Source: Tubiluchus corallicola (Eukaryota > Animalia > Priapulida). Taken from it: 53,826 bases of DNA. Made by a program: the position numbers and the translations under genes. The notes below the pieces were generated by a model that ran no database searches, was not told the origin of the DNA, and saw only the letters and a program-made list of their open reading frames with translations. The DNA is taken from contig JAQGDQ010001227.1 of NCBI GenBank assembly GCA_030141605.1, forward strand, positions 1 to 53,826, in the 5' to 3' direction. Shown piece by piece: positions 26,831 through 40,342 of the stretch; positions within the stretch are counted from its first letter, which is position 1, and each line of letters starts with the position of its first letter.

Positions 26831-27023
26831 CTGCAAAATAAACAAACTTGTCAAATAAATAAACGAACAATCAAGCAAATGTATGAAGAAAATACACTAA
26901 CAGACAACGCATGTCAGATCCCCCCCACACTCAGGGCCGGCCTTAGGTAATTGGAGGCCCTAGGCGAAGTAAATTTGGTGGCCCCAAATGAAAAATAAAA
27001 AATAAATACGAAAAAAATAAAAT

Positions 27024-27068
<45 letters not shown>

Positions 27069-27074
27069 CTCCCT

Positions 27075-27170
<96 letters not shown>

Positions 27171-27180
27171 TCTCTCTCTT

Positions 27181-27212
<32 letters not shown>

Positions 27213-27277
27213 CTCTCAAGAATTCACCCCTATTCAATTAGATAAACAATACCTGCTTTGTCGTAAAATGATCTTAC

Positions 27278-27295
27278 CTGAGTGTTGCAACATAC
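27278..27295 (-). CDS. Gene A cytoplasmic microexon (18 nt)
   Basis: tatttttgcag|GTATGTTGCAACACTCAG|gtaaga, phase 1-1, (S)MLQHS. Confidence 0.55.
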
Positions 27296-27379
27296 CTGCA
27301 AAAATAAATATGCAGAAATTACTAATTATGTATTTACAAGGAAGTGAAATATGTAAAGAATTAACAGAACAGTTGGGAA

Positions 27380-27971
27380 GAAAGAGGTACAGTAAAAGTA
27401 TAGCTAGATGTCTGTAGAAAGAGGCACAGTAAAAGTATAGCTAGATGTCTGTAGAAAGAGGCACAGTAAAAGTATAGCTAGATGTCTGTAGAAAGAGGTA
27501 CAGTAAAAGTATAGCTAGATGTCTGTAGAAAGAGGTACAGTAAAAGTATAGCTAGATGTCTGTAGAAAGAGGTACAGTAAAAGTATAGCTAGATGTCTGT
27601 AGAAAGAGGTACAGTAAAAGTATAGCTAGATGTCTGTAGAAAGAGGTACAGTAAAAGTATAGCTAGATGTCTGTAGAAAGAGGTACAGTAAAAGTATAGC
27701 TAGATGTCTGTAGAAAGAGGTACAGTAAAAGTATAGCTAGATGTCTGTAGAAAGAGGTACAGTAAAAGTATAGCTAGATGTCTGTAGAAAGAGGTACAGT
27801 AAAAGTATAGCTAGATGTCTGTAGAAAGAGGTACAGTAAAAGTATAGCTAGATGTCTGTAGAAAGAGGTACAGTAAAAGTATAGCTAGATGTCTGTAGAA
27901 AGAGGTACAGTAAAAGTATAGCTAGATGTCTGTAGAAAGAGGTACAGTAAAAGTATAGCTAGATGTCTGTA
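27380..27971. repeat. 37-bp minisatellite
   Basis: AGTAAAAGTATAGCTAGATGTCTGTAGAAAGAGGTAC units. Confidence 0.95.
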
Positions 27972-28534
27972 ACTTATTTAATTTCTCACCAGAGTCAAAA
28001 ACATTTACTAGTTCACATTTCTTAGTGAAAAAGCACAACTACTTAGAAAGAGCTTAAAAAGTAATTACATATCATTATATTCTTCAGCTAATCTGGAACA
28101 ATATAACCTCTGCTATGCTACTGTACACCAGAGATCAAAAATTAACCCTTGCCCAACGGCAATGGAGTACAAAAGCATCATAACCATCTTTATTTAGTTA
28201 TATGATTACGCTACTAAATCGTCAATACCTGTTCTCGTCTGTGATTGAAAGGTTAGTCGTTGAATTTAAATGTCATTTCGCCTCTTAATGTCAATTATGA
28301 CTCAGCAGAGGCCTGTTTTCAAAAAGACCGATGATTTTCTGACAGAGACAAATGTAACAGAGTAAATGTTTAAGATTTTTGTAGTGTGGGTTGGTTGAGT
28401 TTGGAATTTACTATTAAAAAATGCGTTGTTCTAACAAATGGCAAATATTAAGCCTTTAAAGCTTAAGTAAAGTAACATAGGTTATTGCTTTATTAGACGA
28501 AAACCTGCCTTTAAACCATTGTGCTCTGACCATG

Positions 28535-29437
28535 TGTAACAATACCATAGATATGGTTTGTGTAGATCAAAGATCTTGCTGATTGCTGAGGAGTGCTCTG
28601 CATTCTAGAATGTCATGCTGTTCTGGTCTTCTTCGTTTCTAATTAGTTTAATAAATGCTACTTTATTATGCACGCATTTGTCTGGTTGCTAATATTATTG
28701 AAGATTACAAACTGCCAAAGAGACTCACGTACTGCGAGCTGAAAGAAGGGAAACGGTCAGTTGGAGGGCAACGGAAAAGATACAAAGACACCCTCAAAGC
28801 CAGCCTGAAAGAATGCAACATGAATGTCGACTCTTGGGAAGATGTGGCACAGGAGAGATCACGTTGGCGGTCCCTCGTCAAATCGGGAGTGACCGACTAT
28901 GAGTCCAGGCGCATCCAAGTGAGGCAGGAGAAAAGACAGCTTCGAAAAGACAGACAACGCAATGTCTATCAAGATACATCATTCTCATGTCCTCATTGCA
29001 GGAGGAGGTTCTCAGCAAGAATCGGGCTTATAAGCCACCTCCGTACCCATCATATGATGTCAGAATGAAGTCATGGTCCTCTTCGACTACGCAGGATGAA
29101 CAACAACAACAACAACAACAACAAATATTATTGTAGCGTGTAACATGGTGTCAGAAGTGAACTAGTTGTTTTGAGTATTTATTCGTACAGCAAATTTGTA
29201 GAGAACTATGAATCAGCTAAAACCACCTAACGCACTAAACTTCGAATCACGCAATCTGTCACAAGCATGGAAAAAATGTCGTGAAAAATTCAGCTTGTAT
29301 ATGGAACTTGCACTTAGTGACAAACTGAAGAAGTGAAAAAGAAGATCAGAACAGCAAGACAGTCTAGAATGCAGAGCACTCCTCAGCAATCAGCAAGATC
29401 TTTGATCTACACAAACCATATCTATGGTTTTGTTACA
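28535..29437 (+). mobile_element. Gypsy-like LTR retroelement relic with inverted LTR termini
   Basis: LTR TGTAACA...TAACA (28535-29145, interrupted). PBS TGGTGTCAGAAGTG at 29146-29159. gag-like MNQLKPPNALNFESRNLSQAWKKCREKFSLYMEL from 29208. Inverted LTR arm at 29339-29437. CCATG TSD. Confidence 0.75.
28701..29123 (+). mobile_element. 5'-truncated RTE-clade LINE
   Basis: LPKRLTYCELKEGKRSVGGQRKRYKDTLK...WEDVAQERSRWR...CPHCRRRFSARIGLISHLRTH is the RTE C-terminus with a C2H2 finger. (CAA)n tail. TSD AATATTATTG at 28691-28700 and 29124-29133. Confidence 0.9.
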
Positions 29438-29489
29438 CCATGTTCCTGGTAAACTTCATACAGCATACGGTAACACAGTAGAGTAGTCA

Positions 29490-29696
29490 TATACTACGTT
29501 AATACAGTAAAGTAATCAAATACTACATTACTACAGTAAAGTAGTCAAATACTACATTACTACAGTAAAGTAGTCAACTACTACATTACTACAGTAAAGT
29601 AATCAAATACTACATTACTACAGTAAAGTAGTCAAATACTACATTACTACAGTAAAGTAGTCAAATACTACATTACTACAGTAAAGTAGTCAAATA
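29490..29696. repeat. 30-bp minisatellite
   Basis: TACTACATTACTACAGTAAAGTAGTCAAA-type units. Confidence 0.9.
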
Positions 29697-29809
29697 TGTG
29701 ACATAGGTTTAGCTACCAAAGGAAGCGGTACATCACATCAACATTTCTTGTACATTTATGGAAGGGATGCTATTGCACTCCCTGTCGATATTAAACTGAT
29801 TACAAAAGG

Positions 29810-30558
29810 GCATCAGTGGACAAGGGTCAACAACAAGAATAACATGCATCAGGTGGAAAAGGGTCAACAACAAGAATAAAATGCATCCGGTGGACAAAGG
29901 TCAACAACAAAAACAACATGCATCAGGTGGACAAGGATCAATAACAACAATAACATGCATCCGGTGGACAAGGGTCAACAATATGCATCAGGTGGACAAG
30001 GGTCAACAACAAGAAAACATGCATCAGGTGGACAAGGGTCAACAACAAGAATAACATGCATCTAGTGGACAAGGGTCAACAACAAGAAAACATGCATCAG
30101 GTGGACAAAGGTCAACAACAAAAACAACATGCATCAGGTGGACAAGGGTCAATAACAACAATAACATGCATCCGGTGGACAAGGGTCAACAATATGCATC
30201 AGGTGGACAAGGGTCAACAACAAGAATAACATGCATCAGGTGGACAAAGGTCAACAACAAAAACAACATGCATCAGGTGGACAAGGGTCAATAACAACAA
30301 TAACATGCATCCGGTGGACAAGGGTCAACAATATGCATCAGGTGGACAAGGGTCAACAACAAGAATAACATGCATCAGGTGGACAAAGGTCAACAACAAA
30401 AACAACATGCATCAGGTGGACAAGGGTCAATAACAACAATAACATGCATCCGGTGGACAAGGGTCAACAATATGCATCAGGTGGACAAGGGTCAACAACA
30501 AGAATAACATGCATCTAGTGGACAAGGGTCAACAACAAGAATAACATGAATCCGGTGG
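29810..30558. repeat. ~37-bp minisatellite with higher-order periodicity
   Basis: CATGCATCAGGTGGACAAGGGTCAACAACAAGAATAA variants recur in a fixed order. The array ends a few nt from the TM-exon donor. Confidence 0.9.
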
Positions 30559-30565
30559 TACATAC

Positions 30566-30682
30566 TTCTTTGCTTCTGCTGCCTCTTGTAAAGCACAAAG
30601 ACAAGAGCACAGATGATGACGATCGTTGACAAGATAGTGAACAGGCTCGGAAGGATTGCAGAAGACTCTGGATCAGTCTGTT
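30566..30682 (-). CDS. Gene A exon: transmembrane helix
   Basis: Not in the ORF track. tttaacag acceptor and A|gtatgt donor, 117 nt, phase 1-1. EQTDPESSAILPSLFTILSTIVIICALVFVLYKRQQKQR is a hydrophobic stretch followed by a basic stop-transfer. Confidence 0.85.
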
Positions 30683-30771
30683 CTGTTAAAAATAAAATAA
30701 ATTAAAATAAAATAGAATACTGTTCATTACAGAAGAAACTTCGCTATTTTAGTTTCCAGACGTCAGAAATA

Positions 30772-31364
30772 CAGCTACTTCGCGGTTCGTTTATCGCGGA
30801 CTCGCTGTTTCGCGGGTTTTCAAAAATATTAATGTGAAATATTTATCGCAGTATTTTCGCTGTTTCGCGGGTTTTTGTGGTACTCCATCCATAGTATTTT
30901 TGCACAGGCGTAGTACGTGTTGTACAGTAATGTATAGATTTGATGAATTTTTCATAAAATGTCAAAAAATGTATAAAAATATATTAAAAATTTTAATTCT
31001 AACATTGAAAGAATATTATAAATCATAAAAAATTACCATTTACAGTAAATAGTGTATTTATTCGGTGGATGAATACACACCAAAAACGAAATGTAGTACT
31101 TGCGCCGACTTGAGATGCTACAAGGTTTAAGAGTTTAAAACATTTTTATGAACATTTGAGTAAAGTTTTTTAAAAGATACATGTACAGTATGGGAAAAGT
31201 TATTAAGGGAATGGGAAAGGGTTATGTATAAGAGTGTGGGGAGGGTTTGTAAGGACTTAAAAGATTGTATAACTACTAAAAGAAGTATAGCGTCTTTACT
31301 TCTCGGAAATTCGCTTATTGCGGGTGGGCCTGGAACGGAACACCCGCGATAAGTGAGGGAACAC
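30772..31364. mobile_element. Tigger-like MITE (partial second copy at ~47775-48110)
   Basis: TACAG start, ATCGCGG/CCGCGATAA subterminal motifs, and internal sequence shared with 47820-48100. Confidence 0.6.
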
Positions 31365-32197
31365 TTTAACAACAAAAATAACAATAAGCCTTTTCACAGT
31401 TCCAGCGAATAACAATGATCGTTAAAAGGTCAAAGGTTAAGTGTACCAGACAATGCATTTGTGCACATTTGACAGCGCCTTGTAATCGTAACAGTACTGT
31501 AATAGTAACAGTTATAACAGCTAGCTAGAACCTTACCTAGTTCATTTTTCTTGTTTTCAAGCAAGATCCTGCTTGTAAATCTCTCTATGCACAGGCCAAT
31601 GCATAATTAAGTAAAGTTCACGTAAAACAACTGAATTTATTGAACTGATACGGCAGATAGCTTTACTTTACCACGTGTGATGCTTGTAGCTAAGACACGT
31701 TATTTTGGTCCACTCTACCTTTGACCTGCAGCAACTGCGCATGAACACAATGAAAGTGTGAAAAAGCTTTTTAACAATGACAGAGTATCATCCCCAGATG
31801 TTCCTTGTCAAAAACAGGAAGTAAAATTATAGTTGATTCACTTGCACGTCCTTGACTCCACTTCTCCTGTCAGAGTTCAGTGAATAATGCTGCAACTTTG
31901 AAAAATCAGTGCCCCCCGGGGTACATACACCCCGACCGTTACCCCCTTCCAAATCCTCAATGAAGGAATATTCTAATTTGAAATCTGTTACCACCTTTGT
32001 AGCTGCACGGATGTCGGTATCAAAAGTCGCATTCAGTTTCACAAACACGTGGCTTTTCCATGACGTTTCTCACAGAATTTTACAATAAATTATCCCTGAC
32101 CAAATATTGATTTTCCATGACCAAGATAAGCAGAAATTGCATTACTAGTATAACATACTCAAGCATTTTAGTGTATGGACATTCATACATATAACTC

Positions 32198-32720
32198 GCT
32201 AGTACTCCTCTCGGTGGACCTGCCCTAACATATAGCCCACATCATCTTGTAGCCCTGTCCTTCCTCTTTCTGATGAGCCCCATATCTCCTTCCTAGAGTC
32301 CCACCGGGCGACGCTAGAACGTTTTTCCCGCATGCTGTTTGGTCAAAATTTCGAAAAAATCGCGAGTTGGGTCCGGGAAAACGCCCGTTGCGGGGCGCCC
32401 TGGCCCTCTCGGGAATTCTAAATATGCCTACTACACCCACTGCTGAACGGGCTATCTATCCATACCCAGTACCCCCCTCGGCCCGTTCCCGTTCTCTACA
32501 TCTCAGCCGTATAACTTTTGCAATTTTTTGCAAAAAACGGTCGAAAGGGGGCATTTTTGGAGGTTTTTCGCCTCTCCTTTCTCCCGGTGGGCCCGATTCG
32601 AAAAATAAACCATCAATGAGAAGACACTAGATCGAGACCTTTCGTTTGATATATAGATCGCCGCAAATTGTGCCCTCGTCCGGGCTGTAGCCTCGAATCT
32701 TATATATAAATATATATACC
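32198..32720. mobile_element. GC-rich insertion, possibly Helentron/DINE-1-like non-autonomous element
   Basis: Abrupt GC rise, a CGAGACCTTTCGTTTGATA core, and a (TA)n end. The family assignment is tentative. Confidence 0.35.
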
Positions 32721-33085
32721 AAGAATATTAATTCATACATATACTGATATATATATAATGTGTTAGCAGTTGTAGTACTGCTAACAAAATTACACTAATC
32801 ACATTAAATAAACTCTCTCAGTTCAATCATTATCTTTGGAACAGAAATTAATATTGATAACCTGCCTTAGCAAAATTTTATTTGAACATGAATCATTGAG
32901 ACAAATGTTTGGCAGCCCTTGCAATTTCCCCGATTTTTCGCCCCATTTTCATCTTTTTCAATGACATTTTATATCTTTTTTCCTAACTTTCTAGGATAGC
33001 CTGTATTTTCCAGGATTTTCCCAGACCATGGGAACAACAACAATAACAATAACAGTGCAAGTAAGTACGGGATCTACAAAGCAAA

Positions 33086-33315
33086 AATTGGGAGTTTTGC
33101 CAATTGGAAGTTTTGCCAATTGGGAGTTTTGCCAATTGGGAATTTTGCCAATTGGGAGTTTTGCCAACTGGGAGTTTTGCCAACTGGGAGTTTTGCCAAT
33201 TGGAATTTTGCCAATTGGAGTTTTGTCAATTGGGAGTTTTGCCAACTGGGAGTTTTGCCAATTGGGAGTTTTGCCAACTGGGAGTTTTGCCAATTGGGAG
33301 TTTTGCCAATTGGAG
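33086..33315. repeat. 16-bp minisatellite (TTGGGAGTTTTGCCAA)
   Basis: Direct reading. Confidence 0.9.
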
Positions 33316-33427
33316 TTATTATTATAATTTACACAAAGTAATGGCACAGAGTAAGATACCTACACTTTTTGACTTAAATAACAATTGCTTGCTCATTACA
33401 AAGATGTATCTGTATGTAAATACATAC

Positions 33428-33883
33428 CGGTAGTTATTTTTGTTAGAGTTGTCGTTATCGATGATTGGGTGCCTGTACTGCCACCTTCACTACTGCCAAT
33501 AGTGGTAAACTGCAGCACATGTACTTTCACTGTATATGGTACAAACGCGTCTTTGTTCTTAGCAGAGAACACGTAAGTGCCCTCGTCTTCGACACTGACT
33601 CTGGGAATTTCCAACTCGGTGGTGTAGCAAAGAGGCGTGTCCTTGTGATTTCTAACAATAGCGGATATCTTCTCGTGAAATGCACTCACTTCTGGGTCAT
33701 CCTCAGTAGGCGGTGAGAGGTTGATGATGCTGCCTCCCGGTAACTTCCACCCAGCGGTTTGCCAGACGGGCTTGCAGCAGAAGTGGAGATAAATTTTAAT
33801 GAGGTCACCAATGCCACCTTTACCTTTGAAGGTTTCCCGTGTTTCCAGTTCTGTCACGTTTGTATTGACAAAGTGAGGCTCAC
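33428..33883 (-). CDS. Gene A exon: Ig-like domain D2 plus Ser/Thr-rich stalk
   Basis: gtcgcag acceptor and G|gtatgt donor, 456 nt, phase 1-1. CEPHF...LHFCCKPVWQTAGWKLP...LCYTTELEIPRVSVEDEGTYVFSAKN...VKVHV, followed by TTIGSSEGGSTGTQSSITTTLTKITT. Confidence 0.88.
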
Positions 33884-33944
33884 CTGCGACATGACAAAAC
33901 ATCAATGTTACACAGTGACAGACATAGTTTTACTGTTATTGCAC

Positions 33945-34126
33945 TTCATGCACTCATGCACACACATCCATGAACACCTACATGCACTCACGCACACACA
34001 TACATGCACTCACTCAAACACATCCGCACACACATACATGCACTCACTCACACACATCCTCGCATACATGCACACACATCTGCACAAACATACAAGCACA
34101 CACATCTGCGCACACATACATGCACT

Positions 34127-34157
<31 letters not shown>

Positions 34158-34292
34158 ACACACACACACACACATTTCCACACACATAAATGCACTCAGG
34201 CACACACACACATCCGCACACACCTACATGCACGCACGCACACACATCTGCACAAACATACAAGCACACACATCCGCGCACACATACATGCA

Positions 34293-34325
<33 letters not shown>

Positions 34326-34580
34326 TTACACACACATAAATGCACTCAGGCACACACATCGGCACACACCTACATGCATTCATACACACACATCCACGCA
34401 CACCTACATGCATTCATGCACACACATCCACGCACACATATACGCACTCACGCACACACATCCGCACACATTTACATGCACTCATGCACACACACATGCA
34501 GTCACTCACACACATCTGCGCACACATACATGCACTCACACACACACACACACACACATCTTCACAAACAAGCACATACT
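33945..34580. repeat. CA-rich compound microsatellite
   Basis: Direct reading. Confidence 0.9.
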
Positions 34581-34978
34581 TATATTTAGAAACCAATTTT
34601 TACAGAAGTCACACTATTATCCCTTATTATAATACCGTGTTGTGCGCAATGAACCTGCCTTCAGATACTCATTACCAGGCTAGCACTTCTGGTTGTGAAG
34701 TAACCCCCAATCCTAAAGCTGTTATAGTTTTCTACAATGTTTTGTATGGACGTGGCAGTGAAATAAACACACGTGGATGACTGTGCCTAGTGCTGAGCTT
34801 GGGCAGCACTTAACCTTTTCGCTACAGAAGGCGACACACTGCCACCTATGTGCAAGGGACTGAAGCTGTAAAGGTTAAGTCTTTGAAACAGATACAACAG
34901 ATACAATCATATTTCATTTCAAAAACTACCACTTAGAGTCCACCTTATTATAGCACCCACCCTATATAATGCAAATTT

Positions 34979-35590
<612 letters not shown>

Positions 35591-35690
35591 CTCACCAAAC
35601 TCAATTAACTATGACTTTGTTTAGGAATCCCAAAGTAAGCAGTATGAATAGGGTTGTTTGTATTCTTAATCATAAATTGTAGAATCTTAC

Positions 35691-36017
35691 ACAGAAGGTT
35701 AACAGTGAGATTAGCGATGACACCATAAATGGACTCAGCCTCAATGGTGTAGTTAGTGAGATCATACGGCCTCACATTGTGGATTTTAGCGTTCACGTCA
35801 AAGGCTGTGTAAGAGGTGTCGCCATCCGATGTTAGTGTAAGCAGGAGATTTTCTTCTTGCAAGACATGCTCTCTGTACTTGATGTCTCTTCGACTACCGT
35901 GATAAATCAAGCTGACTCTATGGTAAGTACCGAGCTGCAAGTTGTACACCTTCAGGTGAAATACACCCGTCGTGAATAAATTAACCCAGATAGTTTCACT
36001 GCCGGTTACATTGATGT
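35691..36017 (-). CDS. Gene A exon: Ig-like domain D1
   Basis: tgttacag acceptor and T|gtaaga donor, 327 nt, phase 1-1. ...ETIWVNLFT...AKIHNVRPYDLTNYTIEAESIYG..NLTVNLL has the Ig E-F-G motif I.NV...D...Y. Confidence 0.8.
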
Positions 36018-36209
36018 CTGTAACAGAACAACAGTCATAAATAATTAGTCATAAGTCACTTATTTCACATTACACATTTACAATAGTTTCATGTACAATA
36101 TCTAGTGAAAGGGCCTACAATGAACGTAATACAAATAAGAAATACTGCACAGGAAAAGCCTCAAACACTGTTCACCTATACACGAAGGTAAATGTGTTGC
36201 AGGCAATCA

Positions 36210-36487
36210 AAAAGCAGGTCTTGTTAGATTGTCCCACACTAAAAGCAGGTCTTGTTAGATTGTCCCACACTAAAAGCAGGTCTTGTTAGATTGTCCCACA
36301 CTAAAAGCAGGGCTTGTTAGATTGTCCCACACTAAAAGCAGGGCTTGTTAGATTGTCCCACACTAAAAGCAGGGCTTGTTAGATTGTCCCACACTAAAAG
36401 CAGGGCTTGTTAGATTGTCCCACACTAAAAGCAGGGCTTGTTAGATTGTCCCACACTAAAAGCAGGGCTTGTTAGATTCTCCCACAC
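36210..36487. repeat. 31-bp minisatellite
   Basis: AAAGCAGGGCTTGTTAGATTGTCCCACACTA, about 9 units. Confidence 0.95.
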
Positions 36488-37737
36488 AGTGATAGAAAAA
36501 AAAGTAATGGAAATAATCTGAAAATTTAAAGTGAATCGTGATAAAAAACAACATTAGTGCTTAAAATGGAATGACGTAATGAATGAAGCTCATATATGGG
36601 ATGATATAAAAGATAGAAAGACTATTATTTGTTAATAGTATGTAAAATTAAGATAACTTGATTAAGCTAACACCACTGTTTTGCAACTACTGTGAGGATG
36701 GATACTGATAGAAATTTTGATTACTCACTGATACTTACTTAAAATTTGATTTTTTAGCATTTTTTTAAATCTAGTAATAGATCTGCTATTTTTTGCGGAT
36801 TGACAAATCTTATTTCAGATTTTTGGTCGTTGAAATATTATGAAATGTTTAGCCAAGTTGGTTCTACAGAAAGGCACAATGTATTGATTAAATCTTGTAT
36901 TATGTCTCTTAGATGTCAATTTCACAGGAATTGCAAAAAACTTAGGAAATAGTTTGTTAATTTATTTATTGGTGTATTGCAGACAGTGACGTATAACAAC
37001 AAAGAATAAACATTATACATCAACTAAGCAACTGTAACGTTATAGAATAATGTAATGTAATGTAATGTAATGGAATGTTATAACTCACTAACAAATAATG
37101 CGGAACATTATTAGTAAAATGAAAGGTGCAGCTTCCTTAAAAATTTCAGAAACCATTTCTGTGTTTTTATAGTAATTCTGGGACGAATAGACATTTCTGC
37201 TCGATGTGGTAAGTTTCCGGATGCATTATGGGCCATCCTTTTATCGATTGATTACAGTGTTGTTTAACTTCAGTTCTGCTCCATTTGCTTACGCTACTAC
37301 ACTGCCCCATATGCCTTGTACGATTACAGTCAATGCCCTTTCTATCACACCAACCTCACGTAACTCCCAATTTTTTTGCAGAAGAAAATATCTATATTTG
37401 AATAGATATGTATGTGTTATTATGATACCCAATTATGCGTTTAATGCCAAGTTCTTCTGCAGTCCAAAAGTAGGTGATATAAAAAAGTTTAACTGCTGTC
37501 GCTTTGACCCAACAATTTCAACCAATCCAATTTCACAGATTTCAGATATTCAGAAAAAGTGCAAAAATGCCAAGCTTGATTCGGCGAAATGGATTTTGGA
37601 TGCAACACAAATCAAACAGGTTTCAGCAAAAAATGTTCAATAAAGCAAAGCAAGGAAAGTTTTAGCTTTTTACATAAAAAAAGATATTTGCAAAAGTTTG
37701 ATGACTTTGCCTTTAAAATGTTTAGAGTGGAAAGAAG

Positions 37738-39289
37738 TGTTCACACTCACCTTGTGTTCACGCTCACCTTGCGTTCACGCTCGCCTTGCGTTCACGCTCG
37801 CCTTGCGTTCACGCTCGCCTTGCGTTCACGCTCGCCTTGTGTTCACGCTCACCTTGCGTTCACGCTCGCCTTGCGTTCACGCTCGCCTTGCGTTCACGCT
37901 CGCCTTGCGTTTACACTCGCCTTGTGTTCACGCTCGCCTTGCGTTCACGCTCGCCTTGCGTTCACGCTCGCCTTGCGTTCACGCTCGCCTTGTTCACGCT
38001 CGCCTTGCGTTCACGCTCGCCTTGCGTTCACGCTCGCCTTGCGTTCATCGCCTGCTCTTGCGTTCACGCTCGCCTTGCGTTCACGCTCGCCTTGCGTTCA
38101 CGCTCGCCTTGCGTTCACGCTCGCCTTGCGTTCACGCTCGCCTTGCGTTCACGCTCGCCTTGCGTTCACGCTCGCCTTGCGTTCACGCTCGCCTTGCGTT
38201 CACGCTCGCCTTGCGTTCACGCTCGCCTTGCGTTCACGCTCGCCTTGCGTTCACGCTCGCCTTGCGTTCACGCTCGCCTTGTGTTCACGCTCACCTTGTG
38301 TTCACGCTCACCTTGTGTTCACGCTCACCTTGTGTTCACGCTCACCTTGTGTTCACGCTCACCTTGTGTTCACGCTCACCTTGTGTTCACACTCACCTTG
38401 TGTTCACACTCACCTTGTGTTCACACTCACCTTGCGTTCGCACTCACCTTGCGTTCGCACTCACCTTGCGTTCGCACTCACCTTGCGTTCGCACTCACCT
38501 TGCGGTCGCACTCACCTTGCGTTCGCACTCACCTTGCGTTCGCACTCACCTTGCGTTCGCACTCACCTTGCGTTCGCACTCACCTTGCGTTCGCACTCAC
38601 CTTGCGTTCGCACTCACCTTGCGTTCGCACTCACCTTGCGTTCGCACTCACCTTGCGTTCGCACTCACCTTGTGTTCGCACTCACCTTGTGTTCGCACTC
38701 ACTCACCTTGCGGTCACACTCACCTTGTGTTCACACTCACCTTGTGTTCACACTCACCTTGTGTTCACACTCACCTTGTGTTCACACTCACCTTGCGTTC
38801 ACACTCACCTTGCGTTCACACTCACCTTGCGGTCACACTCACCTTGCGTTCACACTCACCTTGTGTTCACACTCACATTGCGTTCACACTCACCTTGTGT
38901 TCACACTCACCTTGTGTTCACACTCACATTGCGTTCACACTCACATTGCGTTCACACTCACCTTGCGTTCACACTCACCTTGTGTTCACACTCACATTGC
39001 GTTCACACTCACCTTGTGTTCACACTCACCTTGTGTTCACACTCACCTTGTGTTCACACTCACCTTGTGTTCACACTCACCTTGCGTTCACACTCACATT
39101 GCGTTCACACTCACCTTGCGTTCACACTCACCTTGTGTTCACACTCACCTTGTGTTCACACTCACCTTGTGTTCACACTCACATTGTGTTCACACTCACC
39201 TTGTGTTCACACTCACCTTGTGTTCACATTCACCTTGTGTTCATACTCACCTTGTGTTCACACTCACATTGTGTTCACACTCACCTTGT
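37738..39289. repeat. 17-bp minisatellite whose minus strand is a 5' splice site
   Basis: GTTCACACTCACCTTGT reads ACAAG|GTGAGTGTGAAC on the minus strand. Confidence 0.95.
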
Positions 39290-39504
39290 CGTTTAAATGT
39301 AACCGGACGACGGAGAGCAACTTTCATACCCTCGCTATTCGGTGTGCCAACGCTAACGGCTGCCGTGTACGTTTTATTTTGCTCTACATTACTCTGGAAG
39401 CAGCAAGACTGGACATTCATCCTTTCACATGTTTTCATCCATCCAGTTCTGGCAACTTCCCGGATATACGCACGAAATACTACGTCATCAGTCGACTTCC
39501 TCGC
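39285..39504 (-). CDS. Gene A exon: fibronectin type III domain, C-part
   Basis: ccttctag acceptor and G|gtgagt donor, 220 nt, phase 0-1. ARKSTDDVVFRAYIREVARTGWMKTCERMNVQSCCFQSNVEQNKTYTAAVSVGTPNSEG...KRQ contains a Tyr-corner-like NKTYTAAV. Confidence 0.7.
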
Positions 39505-40342
39505 CTAGAAGGACGCGAAAGGGGAGACTTGCTTTCAGTCAAAATACAAAGTGTGACTTATGTACGACAAAATGAGGCCTGCTATCCTACAGACAATACA
39601 GCTATAGTTAAATTCTGCATATATATATATACAGAATTGTTTTAGTATGAAACATATTTTAGTTTTAAATCTTTAAAATCATTTAGAAAACAACGGAGCA
39701 TTCCAGAAGTTCTTCTTAGCTGCATTCAATTTGTTTATTTGCTTATATACCTAATGGAATGCAGTTAGTACGTCTAAGCCATACTAGTACTATCAAACTA
39801 GTTTTTGCAGTCAATTTTAGACTGCAATAAAAGTTGCCATTACCGCTGGTTTGATATTATGTAGCGGGTGCATGGGCCACTTTTGGTTTTTATTTAGTCA
39901 CTGCCACGGTGCTGCCACCTGTTTGTTTATTTAGTAGAGTTTTACCTTTTACAGTAGTCACTCTTTTAAAATTGAAGCACCTAATATCCTTGAATACATT
40001 AGCATTTTGGCCTTTCGTGAGCTACAGCTGTAGTAGTTGTATGACATTTTACCCGTCTTTTGGTTCTCTCCGCCATTGCTCTATTTTTCTGACTGTGATG
40101 AGCATTATGACTGTAAATTTCTTACAAATTTATTGTTGTGACATTGTTGTTCTTAAGGCTACTTGGAGTTCTCATTCCTGTCTTTGTAACTGTTAAAGGC
40201 TCTAACAACGTAAGTTATTATTAATTAACTTCAATATAGTTTATATAATTTTTATATCAGTTTTCTTATTTATAGTCATACATCTAATCATGCACTGAAC
40301 TCTCTTCTACTCAATGCAAATTAAACTAATTGTTAATCATTG

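Noticed and set aside
23701-30558. 31-37-bp repeat arrays as CRISPR
   Set aside because: The units are contiguous with no unique spacers, there are no cas genes, and the context is eukaryotic intron.
31827-32048. 73-aa ORF between the Ig D2 and TM exons
   Set aside because: No recognisable motif or convincing splice pair, and it is not needed for frame continuity.
37589-39645. Three 530-640-aa plus-strand ORFs
   Set aside because: They are translations of the 17-bp minisatellite, open in all three frames. The real exon is on the minus strand.
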